64,000 nucleotides of DNA from an uncultured delta proteobacterium (GTDB taxonomy: Bacteria; Myxococcota_A; Polyangia; Polyangiales; Polyangiaceae): assembly GCA_963850305.1 (NCBI GenBank), contig CAWKKR010000006.1, forward strand, positions 1 through 64,000, in the 5' to 3' direction. Position numbers and translations under genes: made by a program. The notes below the pieces were generated by a model, which did no database searches, was not told where the DNA came from, and was given only the letters and a program-made list of their open reading frames with translations. Below, piece by piece: positions 51,760-60,586 of this stretch; the stretch's first letter is position 1; every line of letters begins with the position of its first letter.

Positions 51760-52752
51760 ATGCTCTTCGAAATCCAGCACCGGACCGAGCTCACGTATTC
51801 CCACCGGATCAGCGAGTCCGTGATGGAGGTGCGGCTGACGCCGCGATCGGACTCGCACCAGACGCTCCGGCGCTTCAACATCGTCGTCGGTCCGGACGCG
51901 CGGGTCTCGAGCCACGTGGACTGGCAGGGGAACCCGGTCCATCAGTTCTCCGTGGTGGCCTTTCACGATCGCGTCGTCATCGTTTCGACCGCGACGGTGG
52001 AAACGCACCCGCCGCGCATCGAGCTCGCTCGGGTCGAGGATCTGCGCGCCACGCCGCGCTCGCATCGGCTGATGGACTTTCTGGCCTTTCACGGCCCGGT
52101 CCAGCGCGACCCGCGGGTTCTGGAGCTCGCCGAACGCATCCGTCTTTACGACCAGCCGCGCGCGGCCGATGCCGTGCTGCTCGTCACCGAAGCCGCCCGC
52201 GACGCGCTCTCGTACAAAAAGGGAGTCACGAATGCCCTGACCACGCTCGCGGAAGCCCTCGATCAGGGTGCTGGCGTCTGCCAGGACTTCGCGCACTTGG
52301 GTATCGCGCTCCTCCGTCTGGTCGGGGTGCCGTGCCGGTACGTCTCGGGTTACCTCTACCGTTCGGACCTCGCGGAGGTGGAAACGCACGCGTGGTGCGA
52401 AGCGTTCATCCCCTCGGTCGGATGGTTCGGTCTCGACCCGACGCACGGCGAGCTCGTGGGGGATCGCCACGTGGCCGTCGCCGCGGGCCGCAGCTACGCG
52501 GACGTCCCTCCGAACCGAGGCGTCTACCGCGGCGAGGCAGAGGAAAAGATCGCCGTCGCCGTCTCGATTCAACCCGTCGATGCGCCGGTTGCGTTTGCGC
52601 CGTTTGCCGCCCCCTTCCACGTGCCGAGCTACGCCGACGCGCCGAACCCGCGATTCCCATCGTCCGGCTATCAGCTCGAACAGCAACAGCAACAGCAGCA
52701 GCAGGACCGGAACAAGGCTCAGGTCCAGCAGCAGCGGCAGCAGCAGCAATGA
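51760..52752 (+). CDS. Transglutaminase-family protein with C-terminal poly-Gln tail
   Basis: GVCQDFAH, RYVSGY, THAWCE, DPT, GRSYADVPP; ends EQQQQQQQQDRNKAQVQQQRQQQQ. Confidence 0.93.
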   Translation: MLFEIQHRTELTYSHRISESVMEVRLTPRSDSHQTLRRFNIVVGPDARVSSHVDWQGNPVHQFSVVAFHDRVVIVSTATVETHPPRIELARVEDLRATPRSHRLMDFLAFHGPVQRDPRVLELAERIRLYDQPRAADAVLLVTEAARDALSYKKGVTNALTTLAEALDQGAGVCQDFAHLGIALLRLVGVPCRYVSGYLYRSDLAEVETHAWCEAFIPSVGWFGLDPTHGELVGDRHVAVAAGRSYADVPPNRGVYRGEAEEKIAVAVSIQPVDAPVAFAPFAAPFHVPSYADAPNPRFPSSGYQLEQQQQQQQQDRNKAQVQQQRQQQQ

Positions 52753-52809
52753 GCGGCATTCCAGGTCAGGCAGAACCTGTGGGTCGGTCCCCAACCGCCA
52801 TGCCTTCGT

Positions 52810-53682
52810 TCAGGCTTCCGCGACGTCGACGCTGACCTGGAGCGTATGGTGGCCGCCGCCGAGAATGACGCCCTTCACGGGGCTCACGTCGCCGAAATCG
52901 CGGCCCCACGCGACGGTAACGTGCTCGTTCGTGGGGATGGATCCATTGGTCGGGTCGAGATCGACATAGCCGAAGCCCGGACAATAGATCGACAGCCATG
53001 CGTGGGAGGCATCGGCGCCCGTGAGGCGCGGCTTGCCGGGCGCAGGACGCGTGCGCAGGTAGCCGCTCACGTATCGAGCGGGCAGACCGAGGCTCCGGAG
53101 CATTGCGATCTCGAGATGCGCGAAGTCCTGACACACACCGTGGCGGGTGCGCATCACCTCGGCGAGGGGCGTGGCGATGGACGTCGTTCCCTGTTCGTAG
53201 TCGAAGTCTCGGTGGATGCGCTTCGTGAGATCGAACGCCGCGTCCAGCACCGGGCGGCCCGGGTAGAATGATTCCGCCGCGTACGCCGTGAGGTCAACGT
53301 CCTGCCGGACATAAGGGGACTCACAGGTGTAGCCGAAGGCTTCGAGGCCGCTCTTCGAACGGTCGCGGCGTACGGCCGCGAACACGGCTTCCCACGCAGG
53401 TGTGAGCCCGAAGGCGGGAGCGGGCACGCCATCAACGTCCACGTCGCTCACCGCCGTGACGGAGAGCTGCGAGTGGCTCTCCTCGAGCGAAAAGAAGTGC
53501 ACGGTGTTGCCGAAATAATCGACGTCCGTCACGAGCGCGGCAGGGGAGGGTTCCACGAGTACCTGCGTTCGCTCCGCCACCTGCCCTGCGGTACGCCGCG
53601 GCGTCACGCGCGCCTCGTTGTGCGAGACCGAAACGGCGTCTTCGTACGCGTACTGCGTCGTGTGCGTGACTCGATAGCGCAT
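52810..53682 (-). CDS. Transglutaminase-family protein
   Basis: GVCQDFAH, RYVSGY, SHAWLS, DPTN, GRDFGDVSP. Confidence 0.93.
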   Translation of the reverse strand: MRYRVTHTTQYAYEDAVSVSHNEARVTPRRTAGQVAERTQVLVEPSPAALVTDVDYFGNTVHFFSLEESHSQLSVTAVSDVDVDGVPAPAFGLTPAWEAVFAAVRRDRSKSGLEAFGYTCESPYVRQDVDLTAYAAESFYPGRPVLDAAFDLTKRIHRDFDYEQGTTSIATPLAEVMRTRHGVCQDFAHLEIAMLRSLGLPARYVSGYLRTRPAPGKPRLTGADASHAWLSIYCPGFGYVDLDPTNGSIPTNEHVTVAWGRDFGDVSPVKGVILGGGHHTLQVSVDVAEA

Positions 53683-53703
53683 GGGATTCTCTCCGCCCGC
53701 GGC

Positions 53704-56232
53704 TCAGGTCAATCCGTCGAGGGATTGAGATGGCTGCGCGTGCGTCAGATAGCTCCGTGTCAGACTCTCGGCCAGACTCGGCGCGGCGTGTTCGAGTTCC
53801 GCGAGGAGAGCGTCGAGGAGCGGCCGCTGTCCGGACGGGTCGGATACAGCGAGTGCATGGACGTCGGCGAGCCGTACGCGAGAGAGTGCCCGAAGTGCTA
53901 TACGCGCCTCTTCCGGGAGCAGCGGGGAACGGTCCGCGCGCGGAAGGCGTTCGATGTGCTCGTTCAGGGCCGCGAGCTGGTACACGACGGAGCGAGGATT
54001 GCTCTCGTCGGTCATCAGGAGATCGAGGACCAGCGGGACCTGAAGCATCCCGAGGTAGCGCGTGCGATACGTGATCACGCTGTCGGCGACCTCCAGCAAG
54101 GCCTCGAGCGTCGGGGCGTCGTCCGTGTCGACGGGCACGAGGATCGACCGAAGGAGGCGTGCGGTGTGGTGAAGACGTTCCACGCGACGGCCCATGTCCG
54201 CGAAGCGCCAGCCAGGGCCGTGCGTCATATTTTCGTGTGAGAGCCCGCTCAGCGCTGAGAAGAGGAGCACGAGCTGCGCGATGAGGTCGAACGCATCCGA
54301 GAGATGGAAGGAACCTCGCGCGCTCGCTTCCGTGACCAGTCTCTCGATGTCGTTCACGACGCGCCAGGTGTCGCTCGACAGCCGATCCCGAACGACCGAG
54401 CCAGCGCGATGGGCGGCGGTGATGGTTGCGCGCAGGGCGTTCGGGTGCTGCTTTGCGAAAAGGAGCCGCTCGATATCGGGGCTGCTCCCGCTGCGCAAGA
54501 TGGAGTCGGACAGGACGCCGGGGTCGAGCTCGCTGGTGACTTCCAGCGCACGCACCAGGGGCGCGATTTCGGGCACCTGTCCCGGCACCGACTCGTTGGT
54601 GAGCCGCGCGAACAGCGCGCGAAGCAGTCGGACCGTGCATTCGGCACGCTCGAGATACCGGCCGAGCCAGAACATGTTGTCAGCGACGCGGCTCGGCAGA
54701 TCGCCTCCGCTCCGGAGGATGTCGGCAGGTTGCCTCGGAGAGCGCAGGAGCGTCACGGGGTTCACCTCGGCCTCACCGGAACGGACCCAGAGATCCTTGC
54801 TTCCGCCGCCCCGCTGCATGGAGACGACGAGCGAATCCTGGGTCGCGGACACGCGGGTGAGCCCGCCGGGCATCGTGTCGTAGCCGCGCCGCGAGTACGT
54901 CACGTATGCGCGGATGGCGACATGGCGCGGCGTCAGTCTGCCCGCGATCCATGCGGGCGCCGTCGAGAGTTCGACGCGTTCCTGCGCGACGAACCACTCC
55001 GGGCGCGCGGTGATCCGCCCGCGGAGTTCTTCGCGCTCCGCCCCGCTGAGATTGCCGACGAACACGGGCTCGAACCCTCCTACGGTCGACTTCACCACGA
55101 CATTTTCGAGATGTTCGAGAACGAAGCGCAGGGCGTCGGGGTCGCCGCACCACCAGGTCGGTACGCTCGGCAAAAGGAGATCCTCTCCCAGGAGCTCGCG
55201 ACAGAGCCTCGGCAGGAAGGGGAGCATGGCCGGCGTCTCGACGAGCCCGCTCCCCAGGGCGTTCGCGACCGTGACGTTCCCGGCGCGCACGGCGTGCACC
55301 AGGGCTGCGATGCCGAGCGACGAGTCGGGCCGGAGGCACAGCGGGTCGCAGAAGGCGTCGTCGAGCCGACGAAGAATGACGTCCACACGCTCGAGCCCGC
55401 CCAGCGTCTTCACGAATACGTGTCGATCGCGCACGGTGAGGTCGGCGCCTTCGACGAGGGCAAGACCGAGGTAACGCGCGAGATACGCGTGCTCGAAGTA
55501 TGTCTCGTTGTGCGGCCCGGGCGTCAGCAAGACGATGCGCGGACTCTCGCGGCCGCGCGGCGCCAGAGCGAGGAGCGAATCGCGCAACGTCCGGAAATAT
55601 GCGGCGAGGCGTTGCACGCGACAATCGTGGAAGATGCTCGGCAGGGTGCGGGATATGACGATGCGGTTCTCGAGCGCGTAACCGGCTCCCGAAGGCGTTT
55701 GTGTTCGATCGCCGAGCACCCAGAATGCGCCATCCGGCGCACGTGCGAGATCTGCGGCGACGACATGCAGTGCAACGCCGCCCGGAAGCTTTGCGCCGTG
55801 CAGGGGCCGCAGGAAGCCGGGGAGCCCCAGCACGAGCTCGGGCGGGAGCAGGCCCCGAGCCAGCAACCGCTGCTCTCCGTAAAGGTCGACGAGCACGCGA
55901 TTCAGGAGTGCCGCCCGTTGCTCGAGCCCGCGCGACACGGTCGTCCATTCCGCGGCCTCGACGAGAAGAGGGATCGGATCGAGCTCCCAGGGCCGATCCA
56001 TGCCGCGCGGATCGCCGTAGACGTTGTACGTCACGCCGTTGTCGCGAATGAGCCGCCTCGCTTGCTCCCAGCGACGCTCCATCTCCTGGACGCCGAGTTC
56101 CTGGATCGCGCTGACCCAATCGCGAGACGTGGGCCTGGCAGCGCCGTCGGGGGCGAACACTTCGTCGCGATTCGCGGCGTAGGCGAACGAGGACGCTTCT
56201 GCGTCGAGCTCTGCGCGGAACGAAGACGTCAC
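53704..56232 (-). CDS. Circularly permuted ATP-grasp fused to an alpha-E domain
   Basis: DNGVTYNVY, TPSGAGYALENR, ETYFEHAYLARYLG, PGGLTRV, GGGSKDLWV, LPSRVADNMFWLGRYLERAE. Confidence 0.93.
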   Translation of the reverse strand: MTSSFRAELDAEASSFAYAANRDEVFAPDGAARPTSRDWVSAIQELGVQEMERRWEQARRLIRDNGVTYNVYGDPRGMDRPWELDPIPLLVEAAEWTTVSRGLEQRAALLNRVLVDLYGEQRLLARGLLPPELVLGLPGFLRPLHGAKLPGGVALHVVAADLARAPDGAFWVLGDRTQTPSGAGYALENRIVISRTLPSIFHDCRVQRLAAYFRTLRDSLLALAPRGRESPRIVLLTPGPHNETYFEHAYLARYLGLALVEGADLTVRDRHVFVKTLGGLERVDVILRRLDDAFCDPLCLRPDSSLGIAALVHAVRAGNVTVANALGSGLVETPAMLPFLPRLCRELLGEDLLLPSVPTWWCGDPDALRFVLEHLENVVVKSTVGGFEPVFVGNLSGAEREELRGRITARPEWFVAQERVELSTAPAWIAGRLTPRHVAIRAYVTYSRRGYDTMPGGLTRVSATQDSLVVSMQRGGGSKDLWVRSGEAEVNPVTLLRSPRQPADILRSGGDLPSRVADNMFWLGRYLERAECTVRLLRALFARLTNESVPGQVPEIAPLVRALEVTSELDPGVLSDSILRSGSSPDIERLLFAKQHPNALRATITAAHRAGSVVRDRLSSDTWRVVNDIERLVTEASARGSFHLSDAFDLIAQLVLLFSALSGLSHENMTHGPGWRFADMGRRVERLHHTARLLRSILVPVDTDDAPTLEALLEVADSVITYRTRYLGMLQVPLVLDLLMTDESNPRSVVYQLAALNEHIERLPRADRSPLLPEEARIALRALSRVRLADVHALAVSDPSGQRPLLDALLAELEHAAPSLAESLTRSYLTHAQPSQSLDGLT

Positions 56233-56265
56233 GGGCTAATAAGGGGGGAAGCCGCGCTGATGAGG

Positions 56266-59200
56266 TCAGCCGTGCGCATGATAACGCCGCAAATCGAGCG
56301 TAAGCGGGTAATCCGGACTCCGCTCGGGGGCTGGGGAGTCGTCGGCCCAGCGCATCGGTCCCGGAGTATGTCCAAACGGGGAAAATAACACAGCGCGGCG
56401 AGCTTCGGCCTCGTAGGCGTTGACGGGGAAAGTCTCGTAGTGCCGCCCGCCCGGATGAGCGGCATTGACCGTACAGCCGCCGATGGAGCGACCGGACCAA
56501 CCGTCGACGAGGTCGAATACGAGCGGCGCGTGAGGCGGGATCGTGGGGTGGAGTGAGTGCGGAAGGGCCCAGGAGCGGTAGCGCACCCCCGCGACGGCTT
56601 CCTCGCGCGTTCCCGTCGGATGAAGTGGAACCCGAACACCATTACAGGCGAGCGCGTGACGGCCCTCGATGGCACCGCGGACGAGCACCTGCACGCGATC
56701 CAGCGACGAGTCGACAGAGCGGGACGTTCCGCCGGGCGCCGCGTCCTCCGCCAGGACGTGCCAGGGCTCCAGTGCGCGGCGGAGTTCGAGCGTCACGCCA
56801 TCGTATGCAACCACGCCGAGTCTCGGAAAGCGGAACTCCTGGTGCACGTCGAACCACGACTGTTCCACGGGATAGCCCGCGGTACTCAGGTCGGCGACGA
56901 CCTCCCCGAAGTCGCGCGCGACGAAGTGCGGCAGGAGAAACCGGTCGTGGAGCGAGGTACCCCAGCGCGGCAGTCTTGCCCGATGCGGCTTTTGCCAGAA
57001 CCACGCGACGAGCGCGCGGACGAGTAGCTGCTCGGCGAGGCTCATGCGCGCGTGGGGCGGCATCTCAAAGCCCCGCATCTCGACCAGGCCGAGGCGTCCG
57101 GTCGGTCCATCGGGCGAATAGAGCTTGTCGATGCAGAACTCCGCGCGGTGCGTGTTGCCGGTGAGATCCGCGAGGAGATGGCGGAAGGTTCGGTCCACCA
57201 GCCAGGGCGGGGGAGGTGCCCGGCGGTTTTGCACGTCATCGAGCGAGCGAAACGCTATTTCGAGCTCGTAGGTTGCTTCGTGACGGGCCTCGTCGACGCG
57301 GGGCGCCTGACTTGTGGGGCCGATGAACAGACCGGAAAACAAGTACGAGAGCGACGGATGGTCGTGCCAATAGCCGACCAGGCTGCGGAGTAGATCCGGA
57401 CGGCGCAAAAAGGGGCTGTCTTCCGCGCTGGGTCCGCCGAGCGTCAGATGATTGCCCCCGCCCGTTCCCGTGTGGCGACCGTCGAGCAAGAACTTTTCGG
57501 TGCCGAGGCGCGACTGACGCGCGTCTTCGTAGAGATGCGTCGTGACGGTTTCGAGCTCCGCCCAGGACGCTGCCGGGTGAACGTTTACCTCGATGACGCC
57601 AGGGTCGGGAGTGACAGACAGCCGGACGAGGCGCGGATCTTGCGGCGGCGGATATCCCTCGACGAGCACGGGCTGGCCGAGCTCGGCGGCAGTCGACTCG
57701 ATGGCGCGGACGACCGCGAGAAAGTCTTCCAGGGCTGCGAAGGGTGGAACGAACACGAAGAGCTGCCCATTCCGTACCTCCGTGCACACTGCCATGCGCA
57801 CGGCCCACGGCGCCGACTCGTTGCGAGCGGGCGGGGTTTCGCGCTCGCGTCGCGGATCTTGCAAAGCGGGTTCGTTCCAGCCCTTTCCGAGCGCCGCTCG
57901 CTTCTCGAAGGGATCGCGCCCGATGAGCAGTGGCCGTTCGCCCGGCTCGACCCATGGGAGCGAAGCAAGCGGCAAGCGGTAGCCCATCGGGGAATCGCCA
58001 GGGATGAGAAATAACGGCTCGGCCCTCCGGAAGAAGAGCCCGCTACGGAATCGAGCAGAGCCGGGCTCGTCGGGCTCGAGTGGCAACGCATAGCCGACGA
58101 CGTGGCCGAGGCCTTGCTCGAAAACGCGGGCGAGTCGGCCTCGTTCGACCTCGTCGTCGAGCTTCGAATACCGAGGGCTGACGTTCACGGGCAGCCGCTG
58201 TTCGCGCCAGAGGTAATAGAACACGTCCTCGTAGGCGGCGTTGACATAACCGGGGTTCACACCGAGCTTTCGTGCGAGCGTCCGAGCGAACTTTTCCGCT
58301 ACCGCGCTCGTCAGTGGCGCTTCACGCGTATCGTCTGCGACGAGAGCCGGATCTTCCCAGACGGCCGTGCCGTCTTTTCGCCAGAAGCAGGACAGCGCCC
58401 ATCGCGGCAGCGACTCTCCAGGATACCATTTGCCTTGCCCGAAATGAAGCAGGCCGCCGGGCGCGAACCGTTTGCCGAGACGCCGCAGCAAGTGGCCCGC
58501 GAGCTCGCGCTTGTGGGCACCGAGGGCGCCGTACGTCCACTCGAAGCCGTCGGGATCGTCGATGGACACGAACGTGGGTTCGCCGCCCATGGTCAAGCGC
58601 ACGTCCATCGCCTCTAGATCGACGTCCACTCGGCGTCCGAGCGCGTCGATCCTGGTCCACTGCTCCTCGGTGTACGGTTTCGTGACCCGCGGGGCTTCTT
58701 CTATCCGCGTGACGGTCATCTCGTGTTCGAACTCGACCTCCGCGTCGTCGACCAGCCCGGTGACGGGGGCGGCGCTCGTCGGCTCGGGCGTGCACGCGAG
58801 CGGGATATGCCCCTCGCCCGCGAAGAGGCCGGAGGTCGGATCGAGTCCGATCCAGCCGGCGCCAGGGAGATACACCTCCGCCCAAGCGTGGAGATCCGTG
58901 AAGTCCCGATCCGCGCCGACGGGGCCGTCGAGGGCCTTCACGTCGGGCTCGAGCTGAATCAGGTAGCCCGAGGCGAAGCGGGCTGCGAAGCCGAGGTGCC
59001 GTAGCGTCTGCACGAGCAACCACGCCGTGTCGCGACAGGACCCGCTCCGCAGCTCGAGCGTCTGCTCCGGCGTCCGCACTCCGGGCTCGAGCCGGATGAC
59101 GTAGTTGATGGCGTCGTGCAGGCGCTGGTTCAAGGCCACGAGGAAGTCGACCGTGCGGACGCCTTCTCGACGGGATCCGTCCACCAAGGCGCTGAGACGG

Positions 59201-59574
59201 GGGCCCGGAGGTTCCGTTCTTCGATAAGGAAGCAGGTCGCGCGCCAGCGACGGCTCGTACTCGAACGGCACCGCTTCGGCTTCCGGTTCCAGGAAAAAGT
59301 CGAACGGATTTCTGACACCGAGCTCGGCGACCAGGTCGACGTCGATTTCGAAGCTGCGCGTCTCCTCCGGGAACACGAGGCGGGCGAGGTAGCTGCCGTG
59401 AGGATCCTGCTGCCAGTTCACGTAATGGCGCGCGGGCTTCACCCGGAGCGAGTAACTTTCGACGAACGTGCGCGAATGGGGCGCCGGACGCAGGCGAACG
59501 ACCTGCGGCCCCAAGCGAACGGCGCGGTCGTATTGATATGCGGTGCGATGATGCAGGGCGACGCGAATGGACAT
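56266..59574 (-). CDS. Transglutaminase + DUF2126 (putative COOH-NH2 amidoligase) fusion
   Basis: GSCRD, DLHAWAEVY, LTMGGEPTF, VTPDPGVIEVN, TGGGNH, GPTSQAPR, GNTHRAEFCIDKL, EMRGFEMPP. Confidence 0.93.
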   Translation of the reverse strand: MSIRVALHHRTAYQYDRAVRLGPQVVRLRPAPHSRTFVESYSLRVKPARHYVNWQQDPHGSYLARLVFPEETRSFEIDVDLVAELGVRNPFDFFLEPEAEAVPFEYEPSLARDLLPYRRTEPPGPRLSALVDGSRREGVRTVDFLVALNQRLHDAINYVIRLEPGVRTPEQTLELRSGSCRDTAWLLVQTLRHLGFAARFASGYLIQLEPDVKALDGPVGADRDFTDLHAWAEVYLPGAGWIGLDPTSGLFAGEGHIPLACTPEPTSAAPVTGLVDDAEVEFEHEMTVTRIEEAPRVTKPYTEEQWTRIDALGRRVDVDLEAMDVRLTMGGEPTFVSIDDPDGFEWTYGALGAHKRELAGHLLRRLGKRFAPGGLLHFGQGKWYPGESLPRWALSCFWRKDGTAVWEDPALVADDTREAPLTSAVAEKFARTLARKLGVNPGYVNAAYEDVFYYLWREQRLPVNVSPRYSKLDDEVERGRLARVFEQGLGHVVGYALPLEPDEPGSARFRSGLFFRRAEPLFLIPGDSPMGYRLPLASLPWVEPGERPLLIGRDPFEKRAALGKGWNEPALQDPRRERETPPARNESAPWAVRMAVCTEVRNGQLFVFVPPFAALEDFLAVVRAIESTAAELGQPVLVEGYPPPQDPRLVRLSVTPDPGVIEVNVHPAASWAELETVTTHLYEDARQSRLGTEKFLLDGRHTGTGGGNHLTLGGPSAEDSPFLRRPDLLRSLVGYWHDHPSLSYLFSGLFIGPTSQAPRVDEARHEATYELEIAFRSLDDVQNRRAPPPPWLVDRTFRHLLADLTGNTHRAEFCIDKLYSPDGPTGRLGLVEMRGFEMPPHARMSLAEQLLVRALVAWFWQKPHRARLPRWGTSLHDRFLLPHFVARDFGEVVADLSTAGYPVEQSWFDVHQEFRFPRLGVVAYDGVTLELRRALEPWHVLAEDAAPGGTSRSVDSSLDRVQVLVRGAIEGRHALACNGVRVPLHPTGTREEAVAGVRYRSWALPHSLHPTIPPHAPLVFDLVDGWSGRSIGGCTVNAAHPGGRHYETFPVNAYEAEARRAVLFSPFGHTPGPMRWADDSPAPERSPDYPLTLDLRRYHAHG

Positions 59575-59704
59575 CTGGGGGAAGGCTCGGAGAATCGCTT
59601 CATCTGGTAGTTTCATGTAGGCGCGTTGCCGAATTATTTCCGGGCCGTGGCGGGCAGGGAGCGCGCTCGAGCCACCCATGGCTTCTGATGCTAACGTGCC
59701 CCGG

Positions 59705-60547
59705 ATGAGCGGGATTCGGTTGATGGCGTTCGCAACGCTCGGCGTTGCGCTGTCGCTCGGCCGCCCATCACACGCCGAGACGGACGCGGAGGGGCACCGC
59801 GTCCACACGGTTTACGCCGGCCAGACTCCGGCCCGGATTGCCAGGCGATACGGGATCACTGTCGACGCCCTGTACACCGCGAACGGGCTCCGCCGTGGCG
59901 CGCGAATCCGGCCGGGACAGAAGCTGCTCATTCCGGAGAAGGGCGACGCGCCCGACGAGCTCGCGTCCCACTGCGGAAACCGGTGGCAAGACTACGCGGA
60001 GCGACCACGGAGGAGAGGCTACGTCGTGCTCGTCGCACCGACGAAGCACTGGCAAGGATACGTGCTCACGTCCCGCGGCAAGCTGATCCCGAAGGCGCGC
60101 GACGCGATCGAACGGATGTTTGCCTCGTGGCGTACCGGGGTCGAGCATGACATCGACACTCGGCTGATTCAGCTCGTCGTCCGCGTGAGCGACACGTTCG
60201 GCGGGCGGCCGCTCCGTGTCGTCTCCGGGTATCGGGAGCATTCGTTCGCGGAAGAGTCGAAGCACAAGGTCGGGCGAGCCTTCGATTTCAGCATTCCAGG
60301 CATCCCGAACGCGCTCGTGCGTGATTACCTCCGCACCCTCCGCCATGTTGGCGTGGGCTATTATCCGAACGCGACGCACGTGCACCTCGATGTGCGCGAG
60401 GAGAGCGCCTACTGGGTCGACGAAGCCGGTCCGGGAGAGCCGCCGCGGTATCTCGGGAGCCCGCCGAAACAGACCGCGCAGGAGACTGCTGCGCCCGCGT
60501 CACCACCTTCGGACGCGACCGAACCGACTGAGAATCGAATCGAGTGA
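59705..60547 (+). CDS. LysM + DUF882/YcbK peptidase M15 protein
   Basis: HTVYAGQT..IARRYGITV..L..NG LysM; VSGYR, SKHKVGRAFD, HVHLDVR. Confidence 0.9.
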   Translation: MSGIRLMAFATLGVALSLGRPSHAETDAEGHRVHTVYAGQTPARIARRYGITVDALYTANGLRRGARIRPGQKLLIPEKGDAPDELASHCGNRWQDYAERPRRRGYVVLVAPTKHWQGYVLTSRGKLIPKARDAIERMFASWRTGVEHDIDTRLIQLVVRVSDTFGGRPLRVVSGYREHSFAEESKHKVGRAFDFSIPGIPNALVRDYLRTLRHVGVGYYPNATHVHLDVREESAYWVDEAGPGEPPRYLGSPPKQTAQETAAPASPPSDATEPTENRIE

Positions 60548-60586
60548 CAGGGGGGCGTCTGAGGTCGAAAAGGGCAGCTCGATGAC

